A stretch of DNA of 63,763 bases, filler included, from Octopus bimaculoides (GCF_001194135.2; 7 parts of 7 records of this genome joined end to end with filler, not necessarily neighbours in it), one strand, 5' to 3'. Shown: positions 37,555 through 51,074, numbered from the whole stretch's first letter. Numbers and translations are program-made. The notes: generated from the sequence alone by a model not told the origin.

Positions 37555-38251
37555 TTTCTACGTACGTACCTGATCTACATAATCGATTATCTGTAAATTG
37601 GTTCTAAACTTCCTGTTAAAAAAATAAAAGATTAAGATGGAAATATGTGTTTCTACTCTCAATTTTGCTTTCAATCAATTCTCCGTTTATTTTATTTTAT
37701 TTTATTTTTAATTTTCACTTCATTTATATCGATCTATTGATATGACTCTGTGTGTGTAGCATGTGTGATCAAGACAGCTGAAACTTTGCAAATCTTTACT
37801 CTGAATTTCTGTTTCTAATTGTATGCGTGTGAGAGAGAGAAAGAAAGAAAAGGAGATGAGTGTATCTTGTCGGGTGCTGCTCAGAGTAAAGAAAAAATTC
37901 CGGTGTAGACGTCTCTTGACGAATGTCAGAATGCTTTGGTAGAAAGCAACACATTATCCAATCGTTATTGGCTGTTGAGGATTTCTTGGGAGTGGCACGA
38001 GGTGACGGTCATAGTCGCTGGGTTTGACTCATTAGGAAATAAATATCGCTATGAAAGATAACCGAGCCACTAAATTTGGTTAAAATGTAATGAGGGAAAG
38101 TGGGCAGATTGTGGTATGCATCTCAAATAAAACTGTTAAATTGAAGACCTGGAAGGAGGCTCATGCTCTCTTGATAACCCCATAAGTCTGCTAGTGTCCG
38201 CTATGTGGTGTTTTTAATTGGTAGCATTTGCAACTTCAAATTGCTTCCAAA

Positions 38252-38288
<37 letters not shown>

Positions 38289-38534
38289 CGTACATATATG
38301 TGTGTGTGTGTGCTTACATACATACATGTGTATAAAGCTCAACATTTACTTCAGAGTACTCTTTTTTTCTCCGTCTTCTCACTCCGTTGTATATAATATC
38401 CATTTCTCTTTTTTATAGTCGAGCACAGATGGATAAGTTCACCTTAATGTTTAATTTTAAAAATAGCAAGAATTTATCGAAGATCGGAAACGAAAAGTTT
38501 CAGTTTTCAATGAAATTCAAAAACAACAATAATA

Positions 38535-38752
38535 ATAATGGTTTCAAATTTCGATACAAAGCCAGTAGTTCGGGAGTGGGGACAAATCGATTAAATTGAC
38601 CCCAGTGCCCAACTGGTGCTTATTTTATCGAACCCGAAAGGATGAAAGGCAAAGTCAATCTCGATAGGATTTGAACTCAGAGCGTAGAGAGGGACGACAT
38701 GCTGCTAAGCATTTCGCCCGGCTTGGTAACGCTTCTGCCAGCTCGCCGTCCT
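38535..38752 (-). mobile_element. SINE A, full length, young
   Basis: Complete head, B-box, core and GGCTTTGTATCGAAATTTGAAACC(ATT)n tail; AACAAT-like sequence on both flanks. Confidence 0.9.
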
Positions 38753-39231
38753 AACAATGACAATGAAAGCCAGTCGTTTATTTAGAAAACAAAAGGTCTA
38801 CGGAAGAGTTGAGCATTTTTGACTATTAGGATTGACACGAAAGTCAGTAAATCAGTACCTTCTAGAAATTGAACAACTACTAAAACATGGTGTCATAGAA
38901 CTAGGACTTACTTGTGTTGAACTTGAGAAGAAAGGAAGCATACAAAAGCAGGATAATTTCTTAAAGAACTGAAGCGTTGGAAAGTCCCAATAAGATATCA
39001 AAAATGAGGCGGAAAAAAAATGATTCGTTAGATAGAGAGTAGACAAGGGTATTTATTCCATCGCTTCGACAAACAAGTGTGATCAGTGATTGGGAATATG
39101 GATCATATTGTGACAGGTTGTATATATATATNNNNNNNNNNNNNNNNNNNNNNNNNNNNNNNNNNNNNNNNNNNNTTAATTAATTAANNNNNNNNNNNNN
39201 NNNNNNNNNNNNNNNNNNNNNNNNNNNNNNN

Positions 39232-39452
39232 ATATCCTACGTAAAATACTGTCTATGTGATCTCAAATTTTAAAGCAAACACAAAATTTTCTTATGGTTT
39301 CTTAAACATTCACTTGAACAAAACTGTCCAAATCCAAATATATGGTACCCTAGGCATAACACCTACATGAACTTCTAACTTGTTGTCTCTTGAGGTCTCT
39401 GGGTGATGCTTGGATCCAACTCGTACAAATGCAAAACAAAAGTCAAACATAA

Positions 39453-39483
<31 letters not shown>

Positions 39484-39492
39484 TTAATAATA
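39232..39492 (+). mobile_element. R4/Dong-like element (lineage 3): last codons, 3' UTR, (TAA)n
   Basis: ILRKILSM* (39234-39260) parallels ILRKTLSIQ* at 27800; different 3' UTR of about 190 bp, then (TAA)n from 39453. Confidence 0.7.
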
Positions 39493-40816
39493 CTAGTGAA
39501 CAACCATAAAATGGTTCTTCCCTGCTCTGACCAGTCAGCAGCCGAAGACACAGAAACACTGATACAACCCAGCAACACTGCTGGACAATAGCTGAAAAAC
39601 TGAAATATCTACAATTTGCTTTCAGTATTTCAAATTTTCTTTAAAGCTTGCATATCTAGTTTACTCTGGTCGAACACACAAGCGGTCATCTTTAAAATCT
39701 TTAACACTTCTATATCTACAGCGTTCTGTGAATATTTATCCTTTCCTTTCTCCCTCAGTATTCGAAAATGTAAACACCCTTTTTATTGAAAGAGCACAAC
39801 AATTTTCTCTGGTCAGACTTATGAACGATCATCTTTAGAAAATTGAAAAACATTAATAACTACAATTTTCTGTGAAAAGTTTACTCTTATTTTCTCCCTT
39901 GAACTCGAATATGTAAACATACCTTTTATTGCAACAACACTATTAAACACACGATAAAAACCTTTTCGATAAGCAATTGCCAATGTATACAAACTGCACA
40001 ATTACGAAAACCGTAAAGCACTGCGAAGTCCATAAAAAAGAAAAGAGAAATTCGACGATATATATATTAACATATATATATATATATATATATANNNNNN
40101 NNNNNNNNNNNNNNNNNNNNNNNNNNNNNNNNNNNNNNNNNNNNNNNNNNNNNNNNNNNNNNNNNNNNNNNNNNNNNNNNNNNNNNNNNNNNNNNNNNNN
40201 NNNNNNNNNNNNNNNNNNNNNNNNNNNNNNNNNNNNNNNNNNNNNNNNNNNNNNNNNNNNNNNNNNNNNNNNNNNNNNNNNNNNNNNNNNNNNNNNNNNN
40301 NNNNNNNNNNNNNNNNNNNNNNNNNNNNNNNNNNNNNNNNNNNNNNNNNNNNNNNNNNNNNNNNNNNNNNNNNNNNNNNNNNNNNNNNNNNNNNNNNNNN
40401 NNNNNNNNNNNNNNNNNNNNNNNNNNNNNNNNNNNNNNNNNNNNNNNNNNNNNNNNNNNNNNNNNNNNNNNNNNNNNNNNNNNNNNNNNNNNNNNNNNNN
40501 NNNNNNNNNNNNNNNNNNNNNNNNNNNNNNNNNNNNNNNNNNNNNNNNNNNNNNNNNNNNNNNNNNNNNNNNNNNNNNNNNNNNNNNNNNNNNNNNNNNN
40601 NNNNNTATATATATATATATATATTAGTATTCTATTCTATCAATATGTAAAACAAAACAAAGTGAGTTGGTCCTTTCCAAGTCCAAGGTTATCTCTGTCA
40701 TTGGTCGCTAGTAGTTGTAAACACATTTGACCTCAGCTGACCCCACAAGTGCGTGGTTTTTCTTCTTTTGTTTCCTGATTGCACAAGAATACGAAGCCCT
40801 ACTACTACTACTACTG

Positions 40817-40862
<46 letters not shown>

Positions 40863-40935
40863 CATACATAGATTCGACAATACACAGATAAAGACAACAA
40901 CAACTACAACGACATCAACAACAGCATCAACAACA

Positions 40936-41475
40936 CAGGAACCACCTACAACTTGCCAACCAACCCATCCCCCTCGGATCCTGTGGTTAGAGTACATAGC
41001 CTAGCTAGTTACAAAAACAATACCGATGAAAATATTTACCGTGGTTACAGAAGGAAGGACAAATGCAACGATCTTGGTTTTCATAAGCTGAGTGACCTTA
41101 ACCAGTTGAGCATGTCCCTTAGTGGCTGACGATATGCGCATCTCTAATCACGAACAGAAGTAGTGGGGAAGCATCATGGCCATGTGTTGAGAGCAATTCT
41201 TTGTGGTTTGAATAATTCACCACACGAAACATAGGTGATTCATTTGTCATCCTTAAACAACCATTTGTCAGGGAGCTCTTAGCTCGACCTGAAGAAAAAT
41301 TCTGACTCCCACCTGCAAGGTCATCCGCTGTTTATCTTGGTATGAGTTCACCATGTAGCGCGGTTGTGATGCATGAGGTTGGTGTACACTTATGAGACGG
41401 GTAGTTCTGATGGGTATATTGGGCATCTTGCATTTTACCCCAATATCTCTTGATGGCATGTGCTCCTCTCACTCA
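40936..41475 (+). mobile_element. Unclassified non-coding (TAA)n-tailed interspersed element
   Basis: 41245-41475 is homologous to the reverse complement of 48615-48874; both end CTCTCACTCA then (TAA)n. Confidence 0.75.
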
Positions 41476-41514
41476 ATAATGATGATAATAATAATGATGA
41501 TGATGATGATGATA

Positions 41515-41555
<41 letters not shown>

Positions 41556-41565
41556 AATGATGATG

Positions 41566-41622
<57 letters not shown>

Positions 41623-41636
41623 TTAATAATATTAAT

Positions 41637-41766
41637 AAGACCTGGAAATAGAGGTAACTCGAATGTGGAATCTAAAAATGAAACAATTCCTATTATAGTA
41701 GGTGCCTTACGTATAATACAAAAAATATTCAGACAAATACATAAAAAAAACACCAGGACTTACAAA
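41637..41766 (+). mobile_element. R4/Dong-like lineage 1, severely 5'-truncated copy
   Basis: Near-identical to 27625-27755 (AAGACCTGGAAATAGAG..CACCAGGACTTACAA); preceded by (TAA)n. Confidence 0.9.
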
Positions 41767-41866
41767 NNNNNNNNNNNNNNNNNNNNNNNNNNNNNNNNNN
41801 NNNNNNNNNNNNNNNNNNNNNNNNNNNNNNNNNNNNNNNNNNNNNNNNNNNNNNNNNNNNNNNNNN

Positions 41867-41909
<43 letters not shown>

Positions 41910-44025
41910 CCCGTTGAAGAACATTAAAGCAGGTGTTTGAAAGATATGAAACTGACCCAGCGCGAATCAGGGATTTTTTCCAAGATTTTGACGAATTTAC
42001 ATCCTAAACAATGAAAACTTCTGCATGGTTGTGTAGATCAGAAAATAGTACCAGAATGGATGGTCAAACGCAAAACGGCATTCATTCAGAAAAATGCAGC
42101 CAAGGCTCCAATTGCTCCTTTACTTATGACGTGGAAGCTTCTCACCGGAGTAATGGGAAAGACGTTGTACGACCATTTTGAAAGAAATGATTTTCTAGCG
42201 GATAGAAAAAAGGCATGCAGGAAGAGGTTAAGATGAACAAAGGATCAGCTTCTGATTAGTAAGGCAATTCTTATGAACTGTTGATGAAGGTTGTCAAGCA
42301 TATCAATGTCTTGGATTGACTATAAGAAGACATATGATATGGTTCCTCACTCGGAGATTTTGAGGGGTCCGAAGATGGTCGGGACAGCTAAAAATGGGAT
42401 TTATTTATCCAGAAATAGTATGAGAAACTGGAAGACAATTCTGAATGCAGGTAGAAAAAAGACTGGGCAAGTCTACACTAAGAGAGGAATATTTGAAGGA
42501 GTCTCGGCCTCGCCATTATTGTTTATTGTTAGTATGTTGCCACTCGTCATGAATCTGAACACAATATGAACTGGTTCGAAACTGCAGAAAACCAAGAGAC
42601 CAACTCAATCATCTGCTGTTTATGAACGATTTGAAGTTCTGCGGAGCTAGCAGAAGTTAATTGGCTAACCTTATTCAGATCGAACGATTTTCTCGCAAGA
42701 CATCGAGATGGATTTTCTTAATGAGAAAGACGCTGTCATTGAACTAAGGAGAGGACGAATAGTAGACACCAGTGGAGTACAACTTCCAGATGATGAGCGG
42801 GTAAGAGTAGTAAAGAGAGAGGGTTACAGATATAGAGTTAGAAATATCCTGACGTACAATTATGACAGATGATGAACACCAAGATGAAGGAGAAATCTAT
42901 ACTGAATGGAGAGAATTGGATCATAGGCATCAACGCATTGGCTGCAGCTGTGATATATCACTAGGCAGAATTTGTTGAATGGATAAAGGAATAACATTTC
43001 AACATGAATAGAAAAACTAGGAAGGTAAAGGCTGTGCATGAGAACCTTCATACTTGAAGCAACGTAGTAAGCCTTTACTTGCCTAGAAAGGAAGGTGGAA
43101 GACGACAGGTTTGAACAGATCATAACTTTATAGAATATACTGAATCGTTCTATACAGAGGAATAATGAGGAAAGTATGTTGCAGGCTGCATCAAATTAGA
43201 AGGTGGTCATTGACAAATGTTAAACCCGTCAGGAGTACAATATGAGTACTAATAGAGAAAATATCGTCAACTGCGGGGAAGAAGTCCTGCAGAGATCGTT
43301 TTTCTATGAAGCATTGGATGAAACCGATGAATTCTGGAGATAGTTAAGACACGTTTTTTAAAGAAGGCGAGAGAGGACTAATTCTTGCTGCTCAAGAACA
43401 AGCTTTATGAACTGAATCAATAAGTTGTAGCATTGAAACATTGAACATCAGCTGTATCACGTTTGCTTTTGTGTGTGTTTGTGTGGGGGGGGGGAATTTT
43501 CTGAGCTATTTAGACATAATTAGTGTATTCTTATAATTGGCCCAAAAAGAGTACAAACAAAAAACACCATGACAAAGTGGCAGGGCGAATACACTGGAAA
43601 TTGTGCAAGAAGTATAGGCTAGAATGTTCTAACAACTGGTATGAGTGCCAAACTTGGTCAGTCGCAGAGAGTGATTAGGTAAATCCCACCCGGGATATGC
43701 CACAAAACTGACCAGATATCACTCCCTCGTTGAAGTAGTCCAAAGAATGAACCTGTATCGACGTAGGTATACCTGTAGACCAGAATAATATAAAGACAAA
43801 TGGACGATAAACACGGAAAGTACCAAAATCTGACTTTGAAGTGAAATGAATACACTGGTGCACCTGAGACCATCTGAAAGAGAGCAATATTTTAGCATCA
43901 AAAGCTGCAAACACTAAACTTCATTCGCAGTATTCAATTGGCAGCAATACTTGGAACAGCTCATGTGTTGAGAAAAGTGCTGCGTCTCTAAGCTACTGGA
44001 TGCACCTGCTGAGACGTGACATAAA
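41910..44025 (+). mobile_element. R4/Dong-like lineage 2, decayed RT plus endonuclease, about 2.1 kb
   Basis: WKLLTG, TKDQLLISKAI, WIDYKKTYDMVPHS, RGIFEGVSASPLLF, HLLFMNDLKF, ILAAQEQAL, HDKVAGRIHWKLCKKY, ILGTAHVLRKVLRL*; many stops and frameshifts; (TAA)n directly upstream. Confidence 0.9.
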
Positions 44026-44069
44026 TAAATTAGAAGTTAAGAGATTACATGGATACTAATAAGAATTCC

Positions 44070-44395
44070 TATTTTTGGCAAAAATGGCTAAAATTTTAGG
44101 GTAGTTTGGGCTAGTCAATTACATTAACTTCCGAATATTCAAAAAGTAAACTTGACAACGGCGAGATTTGAACTTAGAAGAACTGTTTCAAAGTTTGACT
44201 CAAGGCGTGAAAAATTTAGGAAAGAGGACTAATTGTTTTCATTGAACCCATGGGTAAACAGGAACTTATATTATCGATCCAGAAAGAACGAAAGACTAAT
44301 ACGACATCAGTTGTGTTGAACTCAGAATATAACGAGTCGGATGAAATACTGCTATGCATTTCGTCCCAAGAGTTCATGATTCTGCCAATTCAGCA
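44070..44395 (-). mobile_element. Two degraded tandem SINE A copies
   Basis: TTTGGCA tail, ATTATCGATCCAGAAAGAACGAAAG core, TTGAACTCAGAA B-box reverse. Confidence 0.7.
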
Positions 44396-45559
44396 ACTTT
44401 CGATAGAAAGCTATTAATCTTGTAAATTTATTGAACTGACCACTACGAGAGTTTAAATGCTATTAGATGCTACAATCTAAATTACTCATTGAAATCACTG
44501 TATAATTTTATTATTCGATTTAAAATCCCAAATCGAGTTTTGTTAAGAAATTGGGATGATATCATTTCCTCATTATAGTGATGAATTTTAACTCCAGTAG
44601 TTAATTATGATCCAGCAATAATAACGATGAATCTGTTCTTGTTAAATAAATATTACAACACAAGCAAGTCTAAACTGCGAACACATAAAGCATACACGTT
44701 TAAACACACAGACGCACGCGCACACAAACACCAGCACACACAAACACCAGCACATACACATACACGCAAATGCAAATTATTACAGAAAAAACTACATTCA
44801 GTCAAATGAAAGAAAAACAAGAAAAACGTACAAAAAGTATGGCTGTTTCAACGTCCCCTGAAGAGACGTAAAATGGAAAGGTGATTGGAGCTGTCGAAAG
44901 CAAATGGTGAAATGATATTAGTTGAAGAAACTATGCATTCATTCCATGCCATGGGCATTAATGATCATATGACTACCATGCAATTGCTATTAAGGTTTTA
45001 TTGTGGCACTGGTTCAACAAAGTCTCATCTTCTTTGTCACATGTAAAAAATGTGTGTGTGTGTGTGTGTAAATATAAATATAAATATATATACATATACA
45101 TACATACATACACCCATACATACACACACACACATACATACACACACACATAAATGTAATTAATTGGTTGGGAAGAGATGGAAAATCTGAGTTGTTTGGA
45201 TTTATTTTATTTTTTTTTAATTTCTCCATATACTAGGAAGCATCATCATCATCATCATCATACTCGTCATCACCACCAATATCATGGTCAGCTTCATAGT
45301 CTTAGTCGCTGTCAACAAGATCGTCCTCGTCGTCGTTGTCGTCATCACCATCATCATCATCTTTATCAGCATAATCATTATCAGCATAATCATCATCATC
45401 TCAACATCTCATCACCGTCATAGTCTTCGCCGATGTCATCATCGTCGCCTTTGGCACTATCGTCACTGTCGTTACCGTCGTACTCCTCCTCCTTAGAATC
45501 ATCATCATCATCATCAAAATCATCAAAATCATCACAAGTGCACACATTAATTTATGGCC

Positions 45560-45680
45560 TTTCGCGTTCTGATTTCAAATCTCCTTCGAGGTTTAATTTG
45601 GCTTTCGTCCTTTCTGTCAATAAAATAAATTATTATTCACGTATGTGGGACAATTTCATCGACTAACGCTTCTCACTGAA
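45560..45680 (+). mobile_element. Degraded SINE A
   Basis: TTCTGATTTCAAAT..CGAGGTTTAATTTGGCTTTCGTCCTT..GATAAAATAA-like core. Confidence 0.55.
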
Positions 45681-45751
45681 ATTTGTCACTTCCACTTTTT
45701 ACTTTGTATCGTCGCCGATAACCATCATCAATATCATCTTCATCATTACTA

Positions 45752-46134
45752 TGAGGTGGTATCAAAATGCTCCCACACTAATTATGTAGCGCGTCAATAA
45801 ACGACAATACAAGGTGGCGTGCTCAACGAGACCTAGCAGAGACCTTCATGAGGTAGTGTCCCCAGTGACATCTCTTTTTTCTTTCTTTGCAAGCTGTGAA
45901 ATTTGCATTTTCCTGAACACGTGGATGCGAGTTTGTTATGGACAAGAACAAAGAGCTAACCTGAATTTTGCGTTAAAATTGGAAGTCTGCTACAGAGACA
46001 TTGAGAATGCTTCAACGAACTTAGGACGATAAAACAATGGGTCTTCTGAAATGTTTCAAGTGGTACAGGCGCTTGAAAAGAAGAAGAACGTTCCTGGAAG
46101 ACGACGAGCGATCTGGAAGATCTGGCACGAGCGC
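45752..46134 (+). mobile_element. Mariner transposon 5' end (different family), truncated by gap
   Basis: TA then TGAGGTGGTATCAAAA TIR; EQRANL.F..K..SATETLRMLQ..DKTMGLLKCFKWYRRLKRRRTFLEDDERSGR. Confidence 0.85.
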
Positions 46135-46907
46135 CNNNNNNNNNNNNNNNNNNNNNNNNNNNNNNNNNNNNNNNNNNNNNNNNNNNNNNNNNNNNNNNNN
46201 NNNNNNNNNNNNNNNNNNNNNNNNNNNNNNNNNNNNNNNNNNNNNNNNNNNNNNNNNNNNNNNNNNNNNNNNNNNNNNNNNNNNNNNNNNNNNNNNNNNN
46301 NNNNNNNNNNNNNNNNNNNNNNNNNNNNNNNNNNNNNNNNNNNNNNNNNNNNNNNNNNNNNNNNNNNNNNNNNNNNNNNNNNNNNNNNNNNNNNNNNNNN
46401 NNNNNNNNNNNNNNNNNNNNNNNNNNNNNNNNNNNNNNNNNNNNNNNNNNNNNNNNNNNNNNNNNNNNNNNNNNNNNNNNNNNNNNNNNNNNNNNNNNNN
46501 NNNNNNNNNNNNNNNNNNNNNNNNNNNNNNNNNNNNNNNNNNNNNNNNNNNNNNNNNNNNNNNNNNNNNNNNNNNNNNNNNNNNNNNNNNNNNNNNNNNN
46601 NNNNNNNNNNNNNNNNNNNNNNNNNNNNNNNNNNNNNNNNNNNNNNNNNNNNNNNNNNNNNNNNNNNNNNNNNNNNNNNNNNNNNNNNNNNNNNNNNNNN
46701 NNNNNNNNNNNNNNNNNNNNNNNNNNNNNNNNNNNNNNNNNNNNNNNNNNNNNNNNNNNNNNNNNNNNNNNNNNNNNNNNNNNNNNNNNNNNNNNNNNNN
46801 NNNNNNNNNNNNNNNNNNNNNNNNNNNNNNNNNNNNNNAGAGTGAGAGAGAGAGTGAGAGAGAGGTTTGTTGTCATGTATACGTACATGCATAAATATGG
46901 ATACACC

Positions 46908-46957
<50 letters not shown>

Positions 46958-47201
46958 TAAATACTACATACACACCGCTCTCTCACTCTGTCTCACACAC
47001 ATACACACGCACACATACATCCAAAAATGATGGATGCATATGACAACACACCGCTTGACTCACTCACACTCTGTTTCTTACAAACACACACATACATAAA
47101 TGTATACAAACATATTTACAAAGACACACGGGTGTATGCACGCGTGCGCGTGTGTGCTGTGTGTGTGTGTGAGAGAAAGACACAGACAGACATACAGAGA
47201 C

Positions 47202-47236
<35 letters not shown>

Positions 47237-48059
47237 CAGAGCCAGTGAAGGGGTGTGTCGACAATTATACGTACATACATAAATAGTCATACATTTCTTG
47301 TACGTATGTGTGAGTGTGTGTTTGAGAGAGAGAGAGTCACTGAAACATCTATGTCTGTTTGTCTGTCTCTCTCTCACACACACACGTGCAGATATACACA
47401 CAGAAAAGATGTATGCATATGTATTTATGTATGTACGTAGACATCACAACACATCCCTTCACTCACACACATACAGAAACACACATGTGCGTGTGTGACT
47501 CACTACGAATACATAGAGCTGAACACGGCGTGCCAAAATAAAAATAATAATATTAAAAATTTATTTACTGANNNNNNNNNNNNNNNNNNNNNNNNNNNNN
47601 NNNNNNNNNNNNNNNTTAATTAATTAANNNNNNNNNNNNNNNNNNNNNNNNNNNNNNNNNNNNNNNNNNNNCAAAAAAAAAAAAAAAAAATCAATAACGT
47701 AACAAATGATAGAATGGTCACATCTGAAACGCCTTTCATCATACGTCTGCTCTTTGAGTATAAGAGCACACCTGGGGGCTGAATTCACCGAAGCACAAAA
47801 GACACACGATATCAATACAATACTAGGTAAACAATATACACGGTGAGACGTATACACATAACTACGCACGCGCGTGCACACACATATATATATATATGCA
47901 CATAAGCGCCGGTTCATGTATGTATATACCAGAAATAGACAACTTACGAAGAAAGTCATTCGTAACGAAAGATGACAGCGCTAACCAGATCACGTGACCG
48001 GTAAGTTCTAACTAAGCAAACATTCACACACGCAAACATCGTAATATAATTTCTGATTC

Positions 48060-48520
48060 AGGCCCAAGGTCAATAAGATTTGTTTTGTTTTGTTTGGAGG
48101 CGAGTGGGGGGGGAGCAAGGTTAGCCGATATCATTAACCCTATTTAGTTTATTATTGGTACGTGATTTCAACGGCTTCAGAAAAAAGTGATAAACACAGT
48201 TGAGCTGAGTGTGTTTTGAAATCATCCGAAACAAACAACCACAAGGTATTTTGTGAAATTTATACTATCCACAACAGCCCTCTCCCCTAATGAGAATATT
48301 AACAATAACATTCATTAGTAGAAACAATACGGTTAATTAATTATCATTTTTTTTTCTTTCAGCTTTTTTACGCTCTGAGTTCAAATTCTGTCAAGGCCAA
48401 CTTTGACTTCTATCATTTAGGGGGTCTATGAAATAATGTCCCACTAACTAAATAAGGAGTTTGATGTAACCCCTACCGTCTTCTAAAACCGCTGATCTTG
48501 AGTCGAATTTTGAAATAATT
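48060..48520. mobile_element. Divergent SINE A pair (48060-48240 -, 48365-48520 +)
   Basis: + copy CTCTGAGTTCAAATTCTGTCAAGGCCAACTTTG; - copy degraded. Confidence 0.6.
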
Positions 48521-48522
48521 AT

Positions 48523-48558
<36 letters not shown>

Positions 48559-48614
48559 TATTATTATTATTATTATTATTATTTTTTTATTTTTTATTAT
48601 TATTATTATTATTA

Positions 48615-48874
48615 CTGAGTGAGAGAGCAGTGCATGCCATCGAAGTGACACTGGAGGTAAAATATACGAAACCCAGTATACCCATCATGACTACCCGTCT
48701 GATAAGGGTACACCAGGCACATGCGTCACAACCATATGTGCGCGACATGGTGATCTCATATCAGGATAAACGGCGCATGACCTCGCAGGTGGGGCCCAGT
48801 TAGAATTTTTTTCAGGTCGAGTAGCCCATCCCGCTCAAAAGGTCCCTGAATAAGGTCTGTTTAAGGATGTTGAG
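48615..48874 (-). mobile_element. Second copy of the unclassified (TAA)n-tailed element, 5'-truncated
   Basis: Homologous to 41245-41475; (TTA)n on both flanks of the + strand. Confidence 0.8.
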
Positions 48875-48913
48875 CAATATTATTATTATTGCTATTATTA
48901 TTATTATTATTAT

Positions 48914-48953
<40 letters not shown>

Positions 48954-49300
48954 TGTAGTAGTAGCAGCAGCAGCAACAGCAACGTTGCATTCCAACCGTG
49001 TCCATCAAGTCTCTTTCTCCTTTGAATGTTTTACCTGAAGGATTACATAACAAATATCTCCTTGTTTTTTTTTATTATTTAAACAGTTCTGTGTCATTTG
49101 GGAGCGGGAGCAGTGTTTGACTGCTATTTCTAGCAGCTCGGTTTATCAAAATAGGTTCTCCCGCCTTCTGCTCTGTATTTTGTATGTTTGTTTGGATGTG
49201 GGGTTGATCACGGCAAAAGCGCATTCATTTATTGGATTGTTCAGTTGCTTCGTGTATTGATGTTAAACAAGACAGCATAACAGAGAACAAAACACACACA

Positions 49301-49352
<52 letters not shown>

Positions 49353-51074
49353 TTCATGCACACACCCACCACACGCTCACCAATACAAGTAAACATGCAC
49401 GCACATACACATACACATACACATACATACATACACTCATGCACTCAAAAGCAAACACACACCCACGCACAGATATACTTACCGCACACTCATACACACA
49501 CACACACAACGCACAAACGTACGCACACACAAACACACACATCAATAACAAACATACATATACAAATACAAACACATGTACACATATACAAATACATGCA
49601 GACGTGTAGAGACAGACCCACACACGAAGACACATAAAATGACAGACATTCACAAACGTCGCACATTCAGGCGCAACCTAAATGCCAAAGAAAAAACAGG
49701 TGCTTGCGTGATCAGTCAAGTTGCTAAAAATAGCAGCCAAATCCCTTTTGCTCCACACCACCGTTTTATATAAGGACGAAATATGTTAGATAATATAGTA
49801 AGACATGATAGGCACGAGTGTGGTATCTGCGATCGTAGGTATAAATAGCAACAATAATTACAAGCGAACAAGGTAACTTCTAAGTGGTCTTGTGGCTTGC
49901 TAGAAACAAGAGTCAAAATGACATTAAAATTTGTGTGTTTCTTCTATTANNNNNNNNNNNNNNNNNNNNNNNNNNNNNNNNNNNNNNNNNNNNNNNNNNN
50001 NNNNNNNNNNNNNNNNNNNNNNNNNNNNNNNNNNNNNNNNNNNNNNNNNNNNNNNNNNNNNNNNNNNNNNNNNNNNNNNNNNNNNNNNNNNNNNNNNNNN
50101 NNNNNNNNNNNNNNNNNNNNNNNNNNNNNNNNNNNNNNNNNNNNNNNNNNNNNNNNNNNNNNNNNNNNNNNNNNNNNNNNNNNNNNNNNNNNNNNNNNNN
50201 NNNNNNNNNNNNNNNNNNNNNNNNNNNNNNNNNNNNNNNNNNNNNNNNNNNNNNNNNNNNNNNNNNNNNNNNNNNNNNNNNNNNNNNNNNNNNNNNNNNN
50301 NNNNNNNNNNNNNNNNNNNNNNNNNNNNNNNNNNNNNNNNNNNNNNNNNNNNNNNNNNNNNNNNNNNNNNNNNNNNNNNNNNNNNNNNNNNNNNNNNNNN
50401 NNNNNNNNNNNNNNNNNNNNNNNNNNNNNNNNNNNNNNNNNNNNNNNNNNNNNNNNNNNNNNNNNNNNNNNNNNNNNNNNNNNNNNNNNNNNNNNNNNNN
50501 NNNNNNNNNNNNNNNNNNNNNNNNNNNNNNNNNNNNNNNNNNNNNNNNNNNNNNNNNNNNNNNNNNNNNNNNNNNNNNNNNNNNNNNNNNNNNNNNNNNN
50601 NNNNNNNNNNNNNNNNNNNNNNNNNNNNNNNNNNNNNNNNNNNNNNNNNNNNNNNNNNNNNNNNNNNNNNNNNNNNNNNNNNNNNNNNNNNNNNNNNNNN
50701 NNNNNNNNNNNNNNNNNNNNNNNNNNNNNNNNNNNNNNNNNNNNNNNNNNNNNNNNNNNNNNNNNNNNNNNNNNNNNNNNNNNNNNNNNNNNNNNNNNNN
50801 NNNNGGGGTGTAGAAAAGTACGTGTTTGTTACTGTTCGAAAATGTATCGCGAAGGGCCTGTTTGAAGGCCCAAGTTTCCGCCTTCTTTTAAAGGGCTTAG
50901 AAAATTTGAAGGACCTCTGTAATAAGTGCGTGAAATCTGAGAGGGAGAATACGTTGAATATAATAATTACTAATTGATCCTCCTGTATTTTCTATTACCC
51001 AAAGCCAGGAACTTTTCATTGACCTTTCATGTGTGTGTGTGTGTGTGTGATATTAAATTACATTATATATATGA

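Noticed and set aside
40753-41004. Thr-rich mucin-like ORF
   Set aside because: (ACT)n/(ACA)n microsatellite fused to the start of the TAA-tailed interspersed element; no signal peptide or splice support
44858-44899. CTGAAGA-GAC...GTC-GAAA hammerhead-like spacing
   Set aside because: Only 3-bp helix II with a long loop, no C after GAAA and no NUH site or helix III
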